A stretch of 64,000 bases of DNA from Alphaproteobacteria bacterium. GTDB lineage: Bacteria; Pseudomonadota; Alphaproteobacteria; SP197. Shown here one piece after another: positions 55,147-64,000 of this stretch (positions are counted from its first letter, which is position 1; every line of letters starts with the position of its first letter). The stretch lies in NCBI GenBank assembly GCA_965228895.1, contig OZ245842.1, forward strand, positions 4,320,001-4,384,000, given 5' to 3'. The notes beneath the pieces were generated by a model. It saw only the letters and a list, made by a program, of their open reading frames with translations, did no database searches and was not told the DNA's origin. A program made the position numbers and the translations under genes.

Positions 55147-55518
55147 TCAGGCCGCCGGCAACTGGTCGACGGACGTGTTCGCTTGTCCCGACGCCGGTGC
55201 GGCAAGGGCGGTGCTCTCGGCCTTTTTCACACGGCCCTCGACATCTTTCAGCGTCGATTCAAGCTCGGCAATCCGGCGGCGGCGTTCACGGGCACGCCGA
55301 CGTGTCCCGTGGCCGGCCATCCAGCCCAGCAGGCCGCCGACCCCGACGCCAATGACAAAGATGGCGAAGACCAGCAGAAAGAGTGGAATAGACATCTCGA
55401 ACGGCAGCGGCGAGAACGAGACCAGCACGCCTTCCCGGTTCGAAATGGAAAAGACGATAAGAATCAACCCGATAGGAAGTGCGATCAGCCAGTAGAGCAG
55501 TTTGGAAGCTGGCTGCAC
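55147..55518 (-). CDS. LapA-family (DUF1049) membrane protein
   Basis: Two TM segments, FSISNR, basic coiled-coil tail; downstream of ihfB. Confidence 0.78.
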   Translation of the reverse strand: MQPASKLLYWLIALPIGLILIVFSISNREGVLVSFSPLPFEMSIPLFLLVFAIFVIGVGVGGLLGWMAGHGTRRRARERRRRIAELESTLKDVEGRVKKAESTALAAPASGQANTSVDQLPAA

Positions 55519-55524
55519 GACGGG

Positions 55525-55818
55525 TTAGGCCTCCGACGAAGCCTTGTTCAGGCGCTCCCGCAACTCCTTACCGGTCTTGAAGAACGGCAGGAACTTCTCG
55601 GCCACGCTAACCGTCTCGCCGGTGCGCGGATTACGGCCGATGCGGGCATTGCGCTTGCGGACCGAAAACGAGCCGAAGCCGCGTAACTCGACCCTGTCGC
55701 CACGCGACAGGGCGCCCGAAATCTCATCGAAAACGGTGTTCACGATACGCTCGACATCGCGCTGATATAGATGCGGATAGCGTTCCGACAACCGCGCGAT
55801 CAGTTCTGATTTGGTCAT
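55525..55818 (-). CDS. ihfB: Integration host factor beta subunit
   Basis: [36 protein letters not shown]. Confidence 0.96.
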   Translation of the reverse strand: MTKSELIARLSERYPHLYQRDVERIVNTVFDEISGALSRGDRVELRGFGSFSVRKRNARIGRNPRTGETVSVAEKFLPFFKTGKELRERLNKASSEA

Positions 55819-55895
55819 CCGGCACCCTAATCTCTGACCCAACCCTGTGAGAAACGGCGCGATCAGTTGCTCACGCAACCGCCGCCATCACCTCA

Positions 55896-56810
55896 TCAGT
55901 GCAGGTCAGGTTGCCAGACGGCAACCAGACCGTCAAGTGTAAGTGGTTCTGGCAGCAGGCTTTTTCCAGTTTCCTTGAACATCGCGACAAGCCAGCTTTC
56001 GTCCTCGCCATAGCTCACATCGACCACCGGCAGGTTGCCGTTGATACCGTGAGCATCGCTGAGCCAGGCAAGAGCCGCCGGCTCGCCGCCGATCCCATCA
56101 ATCAGACCGTTATCGACCGCCTGGCTGCCGGTAAACACCCGGCCATCGGCCAGAACCGCGAGCGACTCGGCATCCAGATTGGGCCGGCCGGTCTGCACCA
56201 TGCCGACGAAGATCGACTGCATCTCATCGACGATGACCTGGGACCACGCCATGGCCGCCGGCGAGGTTTCCTCGAACGGCGACGGCTGGCCCTTGAGTGG
56301 GCCGCTCTTGATCGATTCCGGCTCAATACCGATGCTTTGGAGCAGACCGACGACGTTGGCCGACTGCATGATGACGCCGATCGAGCCGGTCAACGTGCCT
56401 TCACGGGCGACGATGTGGTCCCCGGCCACCGCGATCATGTAGCCGGCGCTGGTCGCCAGACCTTCCATGACCGCGACCACCGGCTTCTGTTCGGCGACAT
56501 CGGCGATCGCGTGATAGAGCGCCTCGCCGCCGACAAAGGTGCCACCGGGGCTGTCGATACGGATAATCAGCGCCTTGACCCCGCCGTCGCTGGCGAGGTC
56601 ACGGACCGCGTTATCGCGATCGACGTCGTTGGCGATCACGCCGGTCACCGACAACCGCGCAATGCGGTCGCCGGTCTCGTCATTGACCAGCTTCTCGGCG
56701 AAAACCAGGTAGACCGCCACGGCAACGGCAACCACGAACAGGGCCTGCCAGAAGCGGACGCGGCGTTTAAGCCGCTGGCGCGAGATCAGGCGTTGTGTGT
56801 CCATCACCAT
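55896..56810 (-). CDS. sppA: Signal peptide peptidase SppA (S49)
   Basis: IDSPGG, ATSAGYMIA, TGSIGV, DGRVFTG. Confidence 0.93.
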   Translation of the reverse strand: MVMDTQRLISRQRLKRRVRFWQALFVVAVAVAVYLVFAEKLVNDETGDRIARLSVTGVIANDVDRDNAVRDLASDGGVKALIIRIDSPGGTFVGGEALYHAIADVAEQKPVVAVMEGLATSAGYMIAVAGDHIVAREGTLTGSIGVIMQSANVVGLLQSIGIEPESIKSGPLKGQPSPFEETSPAAMAWSQVIVDEMQSIFVGMVQTGRPNLDAESLAVLADGRVFTGSQAVDNGLIDGIGGEPAALAWLSDAHGINGNLPVVDVSYGEDESWLVAMFKETGKSLLPEPLTLDGLVAVWQPDLH

Positions 56811-56832
56811 GGCGGGTTCTACCTATCTTGCC

Positions 56833-58707
56833 TCAGGCGTCTTTCTTGGCCTCGTCATCGCTGCCAGCATCGCCTTCCGCGGCTTCTTCCGCAGCGGGCT
56901 CCGCTGCGGCCTCGGCGTCACCTTCGGTCTCGACCTCGGATTCAACCTCGACCTCAGGCTCGGCATCGCTGGCTTCCTGCTCGGGCTTGTCCCCGGACGC
57001 TTCCTTGGCGGACAGGGCCGCACCCAGAATATCGCCCAGGGTGGCACCGCTATCGGCGGAGCCATACTCCTTCATCGCCTTCTTTTCCTCGTCGATTTCG
57101 AGACCCTTGATGGTCAGGCTCAGCTTGCGCGTCGCCTTGTCCACCGAGGTGATCTTGGCATCGACGCGGTCGCCGGCGGCGAAGCGGTCGGGCCGCTGCT
57201 CGCTGCGTTCGCGTGACAGATCGCCCTTGCGGATGAAGCCCTGAACGGCGTCGTTGACCTGAACCTCGATACCGTTCTCCATGATCCGCGTCACCTTGCA
57301 GGTGACGATCGAACCACGCTTCAGGCCGCTCATGGCCTCCGACATCGGATCGGAGCCCAGCTGCTTGATACCCAGGCTGATGCGCTCTTTCTCGGTGTCG
57401 ATATCGAGCACCTTGGCCCGGACCTGGTCGCCCTTCTTGAAGTCCTGAATGGCTTCCTCGCCGGACTTGTCCCAGGAGATGTCGGACATGTGGACCATGC
57501 CGTCGAGGTCGTCGCCAAGATCGACGAACAAACCGAACTCGGTGATGTTCTTGACCTCGCCCTCGACATCGCTGTCGACCGGATGGCTCTCGGCAAAGTG
57601 CTCCCACGGGTTTTCCATGGTCTGCTTGATGCCAAGGCTGATCCGCCGTTTGTCCTCGTCGACATCCAGGATTTCGACTTCGACTTCCTGGCTGGTCGAG
57701 ATGATCTTGCCGGGATGGACGTTCTTCTTGGTCCAGCTCATCTCCGAGACATGAACCAGGCCTTCGATGCCCGGCTCCAGCTCCACAAAGGCGCCGTAGT
57801 CGGTGATGTTGGTGACCCGGCCCGTGTAACGCGCACCGACCGGATACTTGGCCGCCACGCCTTCCCACGGATCGGCCTCAAGCTGCTTCATGCCGAGGCT
57901 GATGCGCTGGGTCTCCGGGTTGAAGCGGATGACCTGCACGTTGACCGTCTGGCCGATGCTGAGCGCCTCGGTCGGATGGTTGATACGCCGCCACGAAATG
58001 TCGGTGACGTGCAGCAGACCGTCGACACCGCCCAGATCGACGAAGGCGCCATAATCGGTGATGTTCTTGACAACGCCTTCCAGCACCTGGCCTTCGGTCA
58101 GGCCGGCGATCAGCTCGGCGCGCTGGCCGGCACGCTGATCCTCCAGCACCGAGCGGCGCGAGACCACGATGTTGCCGCGCCGGCGGTCCATCTTCAGGAT
58201 CCGGAACTCATGCTCGTCGCCCATCAACGGCGCGATGTCGCGCACGGGGCGGATATCGACCTGGCTGCCCGGCAGGAAAGCCAGGGCGCCGCCCAGGTCG
58301 ACGGTGAAACCACCCTTGACGCGGCTGACGATGTAACCCTTGACCCGGTCGCTCTCGTTGAACGCGATTTCCAGCTGGTTCCACGATTCTTCCCGGCGCG
58401 CCTTCTCGCGCGACAGGACGGCTTCACCGTTGCGGTTTTCCATCCGCTCGATAAAGACCTCGACCTCGTCGCCGACATTGATGTCCGGCTTGCCGCCCGG
58501 CGGCGTGAACTCGCGTAAGGGGATACGGCCCTCGGCCTTCAATCCCACATCGATCAGGGCGGCGTCGTTGGTGATGTCGACCACCTTACCCTTGACCACC
58601 GAGCCTTCCATGATGTCGACCCGGTCGAGGAACTCGTTGAACAGCTCCTCAAAATTCTCTTCGATTGCGGGCGCGCTTGCGCCCTCAACGACGTCGGTAT
58701 TCGCCAT
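56833..58707 (-). CDS. rpsA: 30S ribosomal protein S1
   Basis: Six S1 repeats (DVGLKAEG, AFLPGSQVD, NITDYGAFVDLGG, RISLGMKQ); acidic tail; SD AGGAGA. Confidence 0.98.
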   Translation of the reverse strand: MANTDVVEGASAPAIEENFEELFNEFLDRVDIMEGSVVKGKVVDITNDAALIDVGLKAEGRIPLREFTPPGGKPDINVGDEVEVFIERMENRNGEAVLSREKARREESWNQLEIAFNESDRVKGYIVSRVKGGFTVDLGGALAFLPGSQVDIRPVRDIAPLMGDEHEFRILKMDRRRGNIVVSRRSVLEDQRAGQRAELIAGLTEGQVLEGVVKNITDYGAFVDLGGVDGLLHVTDISWRRINHPTEALSIGQTVNVQVIRFNPETQRISLGMKQLEADPWEGVAAKYPVGARYTGRVTNITDYGAFVELEPGIEGLVHVSEMSWTKKNVHPGKIISTSQEVEVEILDVDEDKRRISLGIKQTMENPWEHFAESHPVDSDVEGEVKNITEFGLFVDLGDDLDGMVHMSDISWDKSGEEAIQDFKKGDQVRAKVLDIDTEKERISLGIKQLGSDPMSEAMSGLKRGSIVTCKVTRIMENGIEVQVNDAVQGFIRKGDLSRERSEQRPDRFAAGDRVDAKITSVDKATRKLSLTIKGLEIDEEKKAMKEYGSADSGATLGDILGAALSAKEASGDKPEQEASDAEPEVEVESEVETEGDAEAAAEPAAEEAAEGDAGSDDEAKKDA

Positions 58708-58835
58708 GATGTCTCCTGTTGATTTTGGAAGCCTTCGGCCTCCTGGTGTCGGTTTTGGATTTCACCCTTTTTGGGGCGAGGCCGACACCTCACCGGCCTT
58801 TTGGGGCCGGGGCTGTCACCAGCTCGTGATTGCGG
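58708..58835 (-). promoter_or_regulatory. Structured rpsA 5' leader with four CCAAAA motifs
   Basis: mRNA-sense stems CCGGCC/GGCCGG, GGUGUCGG/CCGACACC, UCGCCC/GGGUGA and GGAGGCC/GGCUUCC. Confidence 0.6.
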
Positions 58836-58839
58836 CGCC

Positions 58840-58868
58840 TGTATATAGATGAGCGGCTACCTGTTCAA
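58840..58868 (-). promoter_or_regulatory. Putative sigma70 promoter of rpsA
   Basis: Minus strand TTGAAC-N17-TATACA. Confidence 0.6.
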
Positions 58869-59495
58869 CTGTTGATCGACAAGGGTTAACGCGGCCTTCA
58901 GCGCCTCGTCGGCGTCCATTTGGGAGGTATCGAGCAGGATCGCGTCTTCGGCCTGGCGCAGGGGCGCCGTCGTGCGCTCGGTATCCTGGCGGTCGCGCGC
59001 GGCAAGATCGGCCGCCACCCGGTCGCGGTCGACGGCCGAGTCGCGGTCCTTCAGTTCGAGATAGCGCCGTTCGACCCGGGATTGCTGGTCAGCGGTAACA
59101 AAGAACTTCACCGTGGCGTCGGGACAAACGACCGTACCGATATCGCGCCCGTCAATCACCGCACCAGGCGGTTCGGCGGCAAAGGCCCGCTGAAACGCCA
59201 GCAGGGCCTGCCGGACATCGGGATAGGCCGCGACCTCAGACGCCGCTTTGCCGACCGCCTCCTGGCGCAGGTTGTCGCGGTCTAGGTCGCCGGCATCGAG
59301 TTGGCGGGCGCAGGCCGCCGCGGCATCGGCATCGCCGGGATCGCCGCCCTCAGCCAGGAGCCGCGCTGCTGTGGCGCGGTAGAGCATGCCGCTATCCAGG
59401 TGCCTGAGGCCCAATTGCGCGGCCAGGCCGCGCGCCAGCGTCCCCTTGCCGGCGGCGGTCGGACCGTCGATCGCGATGACAAGAACCGCCGTCAC
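58857..59495 (-). CDS. cmk: Cytidylate kinase
   Basis: [35 protein letters not shown]. Confidence 0.96.
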   Translation of the reverse strand: MTAVLVIAIDGPTAAGKGTLARGLAAQLGLRHLDSGMLYRATAARLLAEGGDPGDADAAAACARQLDAGDLDRDNLRQEAVGKAASEVAAYPDVRQALLAFQRAFAAEPPGAVIDGRDIGTVVCPDATVKFFVTADQQSRVERRYLELKDRDSAVDRDRVAADLAARDRQDTERTTAPLRQAEDAILLDTSQMDADEALKAALTLVDQQLNR

Positions 59496-60844
59496 GGTTC
59501 GAACCGCGCGCCCAGCCCGGTCATCAGGTTCAGGAAATCAGGAAAGCTGGTCGCGATCGGCGCGGCGTCATCAATCGTGACCGGCCGTTCGGCGGCAAGT
59601 CCCAGGACCAGGAAACTCATGGCAATGCGATGGTCAAGATGGGTCTCGACCGGCGTGTTGTTGCCGCCGGGCACGCGCCCGGCGCAGCCGTCGATGACCA
59701 GACCGTCCTCGAGCTCCTCGACGGCGATACCGGCGGCCTTCAACCCAGTGGCCATGGCCGACAGGCGGTCGCTTTCCTTGACGCGCAGCTCCTGGAGGCC
59801 GCGCATGACCGTGCGCCCTTTAGCAACCGACGCGGCGACCGCCAGGATCGGATATTCGTCGATCATGGTCGGCGCGCGTTCCGCCGGCACCGCGACGCCC
59901 GCAAGGTCGCCGCCCCGGATGCGGATATCGGCGACAGGTTCGCCGCCTTCTTCGCGCTCGTTTTCCAGCACAAGATCGGCACCCATCTCCTGCAAGGTCG
60001 TCACCAATCCCGCCCGAAGCGGGTTGATACCGACCCCGGTCACCGTGACGTCCGCGCCTGGCAGAAGAGCTGCGGCCACAAGCGGAAAGGCCGCCGACGA
60101 TGGATCGCCCGGCACCTGGATCGACGCCGGCGTCAGTTCCGGTTGCCCGGTGACGATGACGGCAAGTGCCCCGCCGTCGCGCGGCTCGACCCTGACCTCG
60201 CCACCGAAGGCACGGACCATGCGTTCGGTGTGATCGCGGCTGGCGGCTGCCTCGATCACGCCGGTTTCGCCCGGCGCGTGAAGGCCGGCCAGCAGCACCG
60301 CCGACTTGATCTGCGCGGATGCAACGGGCGTTTCGTAGGTAATCGGCAGCAAACAGTCCCTGCCCTTCACCGTCATCGGCAGGCGGTCGCCCTCCCTGCC
60401 GTCAAAGGTCGCGCCCATCGCCTCAAGCGGGCGGGCGATGCGGCCCATGGGCCGTTTGCGCAGCGAAGCATCGCCGGTGAACACCGTGGTGAACGGATGG
60501 CCGGCGGCCAGCCCCATCAGCAAGCGCACGCCGGTCCCGGAGTTGCCCAGGTCGATCACGTCATCGGGCTGCTTCAGGCCGCCGATCCCACGACCCCAGA
60601 TGTGCCAGATGCCGTCGTCGCCACGTTCGACCTCGGCACCAAAGGCCCGCATCGCCGAGGCGGTTGCCAGCACGTCTTCGCCTTCCAGGAGGCCACGCAC
60701 CACCGTCTCGCCGACGGTGAGGCCACCCAGCATGAGGGCACGGTGAGAAATCGACTTGTCACCGGGCACCGCGACAATGCCCGACAGACCATCGGTGGGG
60801 TGACCGGCAATGGCAGTTTGGGGCGATGGCGGCGACTTGTTCAT
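59492..60844 (-). CDS. aroA: EPSP synthase
   Basis: [47 protein letters not shown]. Confidence 0.98.
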   Translation of the reverse strand: MNKSPPSPQTAIAGHPTDGLSGIVAVPGDKSISHRALMLGGLTVGETVVRGLLEGEDVLATASAMRAFGAEVERGDDGIWHIWGRGIGGLKQPDDVIDLGNSGTGVRLLMGLAAGHPFTTVFTGDASLRKRPMGRIARPLEAMGATFDGREGDRLPMTVKGRDCLLPITYETPVASAQIKSAVLLAGLHAPGETGVIEAAASRDHTERMVRAFGGEVRVEPRDGGALAVIVTGQPELTPASIQVPGDPSSAAFPLVAAALLPGADVTVTGVGINPLRAGLVTTLQEMGADLVLENEREEGGEPVADIRIRGGDLAGVAVPAERAPTMIDEYPILAVAASVAKGRTVMRGLQELRVKESDRLSAMATGLKAAGIAVEELEDGLVIDGCAGRVPGGNNTPVETHLDHRIAMSFLVLGLAAERPVTIDDAAPIATSFPDFLNLMTGLGARFEP

Positions 60845-60908
60845 GGCGGCCTTCTAGCACGGGCGGCCATGTTCGTGTAATCGCTTCGGCGCTGGCGCGA
60901 TTTTGATT

Positions 60909-60937
60909 TTGACAGGCGTCCCGCAAATGGATATTGG
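60909..60937 (+). promoter_or_regulatory. Putative sigma70 promoter
   Basis: TTGACA-N17-TATTGG. Confidence 0.6.
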
Positions 60938-60980
60938 GCCGCTCCAATCATTCGATGAGGCCGGTTCGGGAGCTACCGCA

Positions 60981-61340
60981 GTGGCGAAACCTGAGTGGGG
61001 AACCAAACGTCTGTGCCAGAGTTGTGGCGCAAAGTTCTACGACATGACGCGCGAGCCGATTGTCTGCCCGAAATGCGAGACCGTGTTTGAGCCGGAGGTT
61101 AAGCAGCGTAAGACCCGCACGCCTCGCGCCGAGGCCGCCGTCGCGGCGGCACCTGCCGTGGCCAAAAAGCCGGAGGTCGCCGAACAGACCGACGAACTCG
61201 CCGTCGAGGCGGTCGACGACATCGAGGACGACGACGACGATACCGATGCCGGCCTGCTGAGCGACGATGATGACGACGAGGACAGCCTCGACGATGTCGG
61301 CATCGGCAGCGCTGCCAAAGAGGAGGATGACGACACCTAA
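60981..61340 (+). CDS. TIGR02300 / FYDLN-acid family Zn-ribbon protein
   Basis: GTG start, (M)AKPEWGTKRLCQSCGAKFYDM...CPKC, acidic tail; typical position between aroA and tRNA-Ala. Confidence 0.9.
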   Translation: MAKPEWGTKRLCQSCGAKFYDMTREPIVCPKCETVFEPEVKQRKTRTPRAEAAVAAAPAVAKKPEVAEQTDELAVEAVDDIEDDDDDTDAGLLSDDDDDEDSLDDVGIGSAAKEEDDDT

Positions 61341-61364
61341 CGAAAGAGGTGTGACAGTTGCACC

Positions 61365-61393
61365 TTGAACCCGCTCTTTTGCGGGCCTAGGTT
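61365..61393 (+). promoter_or_regulatory. Putative sigma70 promoter of tRNA-Ala
   Basis: TTGAAC-N17-TAGGTT. Confidence 0.55.
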
Positions 61394-61438
61394 CGCCCAG
61401 CCGCGCCCAACGCGGCCGGAAGACGTTCAAACAAAGAT

Positions 61439-61514
<76 letters not shown>

Positions 61515-61697
61515 TTTTCCCATTCATCGACACCTGATGGTCAAAGCACCGGTGCTGTCATGAGCGTGGTTTGACCTACCACGGAACGACGGCGCCTGGT
61601 TCTGCTCGCTTAGCCGCAAAATGCGGCTACCCTGTCTTGTGATGACCATATGATCGCTGGCAACCGAGTCTGCGCCAGCAACCCGGGAGCCCAAACA

Positions 61698-62069
61698 ATG
61701 AACGACACGTCAGACGATACCGCCGCCGTGCTCGCGGTGGCCCAGCTCTATTACGATGGCATGCATGGCAACGACGAAGCCAAGCTCCGTCAAGCCTTCG
61801 ATGCCCGCGCCTGCATCATCGGAAACTTCGACGGCGCCGTGTCGTGGATGAGCCTGGATGATTTCGTTCAGGAGTGCGATTCGGTGCATGATCGGGTCGG
61901 CAAGTACGGCTGCCGGCTGGAAAGCCTCGACATGGTCGGCGACACCGCCGTCGCGCGTTTCGGCGGTTGGTTCATCGATATCTGGTTCAGCGATTATCTG
62001 AGCATGCTGAAGACGGAGAACGGCTGGTCGATCGTCAACAAAACGTTCTACGCTCACCCGTCAACATGA
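61698..62069 (+). CDS. NTF2-like (SnoaL / putative lumazine-binding) protein
   Basis: YYDGM..D...LRQAFD, GDTAVAR, FSDYLSMLK...WSIVNKTFY; SD GGGAG. Confidence 0.85.
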   Translation: MNDTSDDTAAVLAVAQLYYDGMHGNDEAKLRQAFDARACIIGNFDGAVSWMSLDDFVQECDSVHDRVGKYGCRLESLDMVGDTAVARFGGWFIDIWFSDYLSMLKTENGWSIVNKTFYAHPST

Positions 62070-62088
62070 TGGTTTAGCACCGGCGGCA

Positions 62089-62616
62089 CTAGCTCTGGCA
62101 GGAAGGGGCGCCGTCCAAATAAGCCAGGGCGTCATCGATACCGTCCAGGTCCAGATCGACTTCAAGGATCTTGGAATAGGTCAGGATTTCGACCTTGATC
62201 CGCTCACTCGACGCCAGGCTTGTCAGCAGCGAGCCTTCAAGTTTGACGGTCGCGTTTTCCTGCTCGGTCTGCGACGCCAAATGGAGCTTCGAAGCCGCAT
62301 CGGAATCAATCTGATACTGATAGCCGCGCGGCGTTTCGGGCACGACGATCACGAGCTGGTCGTTATAGAGCCTGATCGCGGCATAGCGCTGGTGAACCGC
62401 AAGACACCGGGTCTCTGACGAGGCCGGCGCGTGACTGCGCATGACGGTCCAGTTGCCGAAGGTCGCCACTTCCGCCCACGTATCGGCCCGGGCACCGACG
62501 GCGCCGCCCAAGCTGATCAACATGGCAGCCAGTCCAAAGATAACAGCCGGCAATGGTCGACGAAGCGCAGAGCGCCGATTGAACGGTCGCGAACAGGTGC
62601 TGCTGGACCTCACCAT
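62089..62616 (-). CDS. Hypothetical exported protein
   Basis: Hydrophobic signal-like stretch ending ARA-D, then FGNWTV...C and C-terminal LDGIDDALAYL..C. Start uncertain. Confidence 0.65.
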   Translation of the reverse strand: MVRSSSTCSRPFNRRSALRRPLPAVIFGLAAMLISLGGAVGARADTWAEVATFGNWTVMRSHAPASSETRCLAVHQRYAAIRLYNDQLVIVVPETPRGYQYQIDSDAASKLHLASQTEQENATVKLEGSLLTSLASSERIKVEILTYSKILEVDLDLDGIDDALAYLDGAPSCQS

Positions 62617-62917
62617 GCGGAAACCCGATCGATGTCACACCGGCAGACGTCGCAAGGTCTCGCGCGACATCTGCTTCCGCACTCTTAATAACCCAAACGA
62701 TCGATAGAATGAATACGCACGCTACGGAATAGCAGTACAGCACCCACTTATGGATACATAGCCAATAGTGCTACTATTACCAATCATGCCACACCCACAA
62801 CATGCAGTGCAGCGACATGGCCGCCACACTACATGTTTGGTATTTGGTCGTGGTGTTGCGTGACCTAATCGTTACGCAAGACTGGCCTGTCGGCCATTTC
62901 GGTCGTTCTGAGCGGGT

Positions 62918-63088
62918 TCAGCTCAAGAGATGACGCATCACTTCCGTGACCGACGTCACGCGGTCTTTGCCGGCGCGATGGCGCTCGGACGGATTGACCG
63001 GCCTGGGGACGTCTATGCCGGCGTGTCCCGATACGGGCATCGTGGCATAGGGTTTGCCGGCCGTCTGGCGCGAGGGCGTGCGATCCAT
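62918..63088 (-). CDS. Putative small protein (56 aa)
   Basis: SD AGGAGA 5 nt before the ATG; MDRTPSRQTAGKPYATMPVSGHAGIDVPRPVNPSERHRAGKDRVTSVTEVMRHLLS-stop. Shorter than any ORF in the track. Confidence 0.45.
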   Translation of the reverse strand: MDRTPSRQTAGKPYATMPVSGHAGIDVPRPVNPSERHRAGKDRVTSVTEVMRHLLS

Positions 63089-63239
63089 GATGTTCTCCTG
63101 CGATGCGGTCCATGCCCGGCGTCATGCCAGGGTCGAGGGAATCTGGGGTCGCAACGTTTCAGGTCCGTTGTGGCGGCATGGTTCGCCGGTTTCAGTTCGG
63201 TAACAACCTGTCGGTATGGCCAGAACCGGACCCGCACCG

Positions 63240-64000
63240 CTAGCGGTCGTGGCGCGCCACGTCGCCGCCTTTCATCACCAGGCGGACATCACGGGTCACG
63301 TTGATGTCGGCGAGCGGATCGTCGGCAAAGCCGATGACGTCGGCGAATTTGCCCTCGTCGATCGACCCCAGGTCGGCCTCGCGGCGCAGCATCGTGGCCG
63401 CGCCCAGCGTCGCCGCGTAAACGGCCTCGTGGGGCGTGAAGCCGGCGCCTTCGACCATCCGGACGAGTTCCTGCGTGTTGTCGCCGTGGTGATTGCCGGG
63501 CGTTCCGGCATCGGTCCCCATGGCGACGGACACCCCAAGGCGTTTGGCGAGATCCATGTTCTTCAGGTGGATATCGTCGGTCGCCAGGTAGCGCTCCTTT
63601 ATATGGGGCGTGAGCGAGGCGCTGACCGCGTTATCGGCCAGCATCGCGGAGGTGGTGCAGGTGGTCGGCACCAGATAGGTGCCCTTTTCGGCCATCACGC
63701 CATAGACCTCTTCGTTACCGAAGGTGCCGTGCTCGACGCTGCGGCAGCCGGCAAGCGCGGCGTTCTTGATGCCGTCGGTGGCATGGGCGTGGGCGGCGCA
63801 GTGTTTGAAGTTTTCTTCTGCGACCGCAACCGCCGCCTTGAGCTCCTCGAGCGTGTACTGGATGGCGCGCGCATCCTCGTATTCCGACGACGTCATCGCG
63901 CCGGTCGCCATCACCTTGATCAGATCGGCGCCGTTGGCGAGCTGTTTTCTGGCCGCCGCACGCACCTGTTCGGGTCCGTCGGCGACCTCGTACATGCCCG
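63240..64000 (-). CDS. Amidohydrolase family (prolidase-like), partial
   Basis: GADLIKVMATG, AAHAH, SVEHG, MGTDAGTP, GKFADVI, VMKGG. The N-terminus lies beyond the window. Confidence 0.92.
   Translation of the reverse strand, partial: GMYEVADGPEQVRAAARKQLANGADLIKVMATGAMTSSEYEDARAIQYTLEELKAAVAVAEENFKHCAAHAHATDGIKNAALAGCRSVEHGTFGNEEVYGVMAEKGTYLVPTTCTTSAMLADNAVSASLTPHIKERYLATDDIHLKNMDLAKRLGVSVAMGTDAGTPGNHHGDNTQELVRMVEGAGFTPHEAVYAATLGAATMLRREADLGSIDEGKFADVIGFADDPLADINVTRDVRLVMKGGDVARHDR

Overview
GC-rich alphaproteobacterial chromosome segment; gene content and order look Rhodospirillales-like (inference). It is mostly core housekeeping genes: thrS (partial), two LPS/envelope glycosyltransferases, a large MscS-family channel, queG, fzlA-like GST, gltD-gltB, uppP, tRNA-Leu(CAG), rnd, lptCAB-rpoN-hpf-ptsN-hprK-rapZ-manX-ptsH-ptsI-ahcY, tsaE-amgK-murU-addB/addA-trxA, folC-accD-trpAB-trpF-pyrF, ihfB-sppA-rpsA-cmk-aroA and tRNA-Ala(GGC). 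Small accessory islets lie at about 9.5-10.5 kb, 29.3-33.7 kb, 43-47.4 kb and after 61.5 kb. I saw no CRISPR array, integrase or transposase. Main observations: (1) AddB and AddA are encoded as one uninterrupted 2164-aa ORF, i.e. a single-chain helicase with two nuclease domains. (2) An orphan protein couples a tandem MshEN c-di-GMP-binding motif to an unrecognised beta-rich domain. (3) A 140-bp CTAG-bounded double-hairpin element supplies the gltB stop codon. (4) A 488-aa multi-TM plus TPR-like orphan follows ahcY. (5) The whole PTS-Ntr gene set is joined to the rpoN operon, with a short HPF and no kdsD. (6) A 12-bp tandem repeat duplicates a likely -35 element. (7) There is an unannotated 56-aa ORF with a strong SD. 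All functional calls come from motif recognition by eye; no searches were run.
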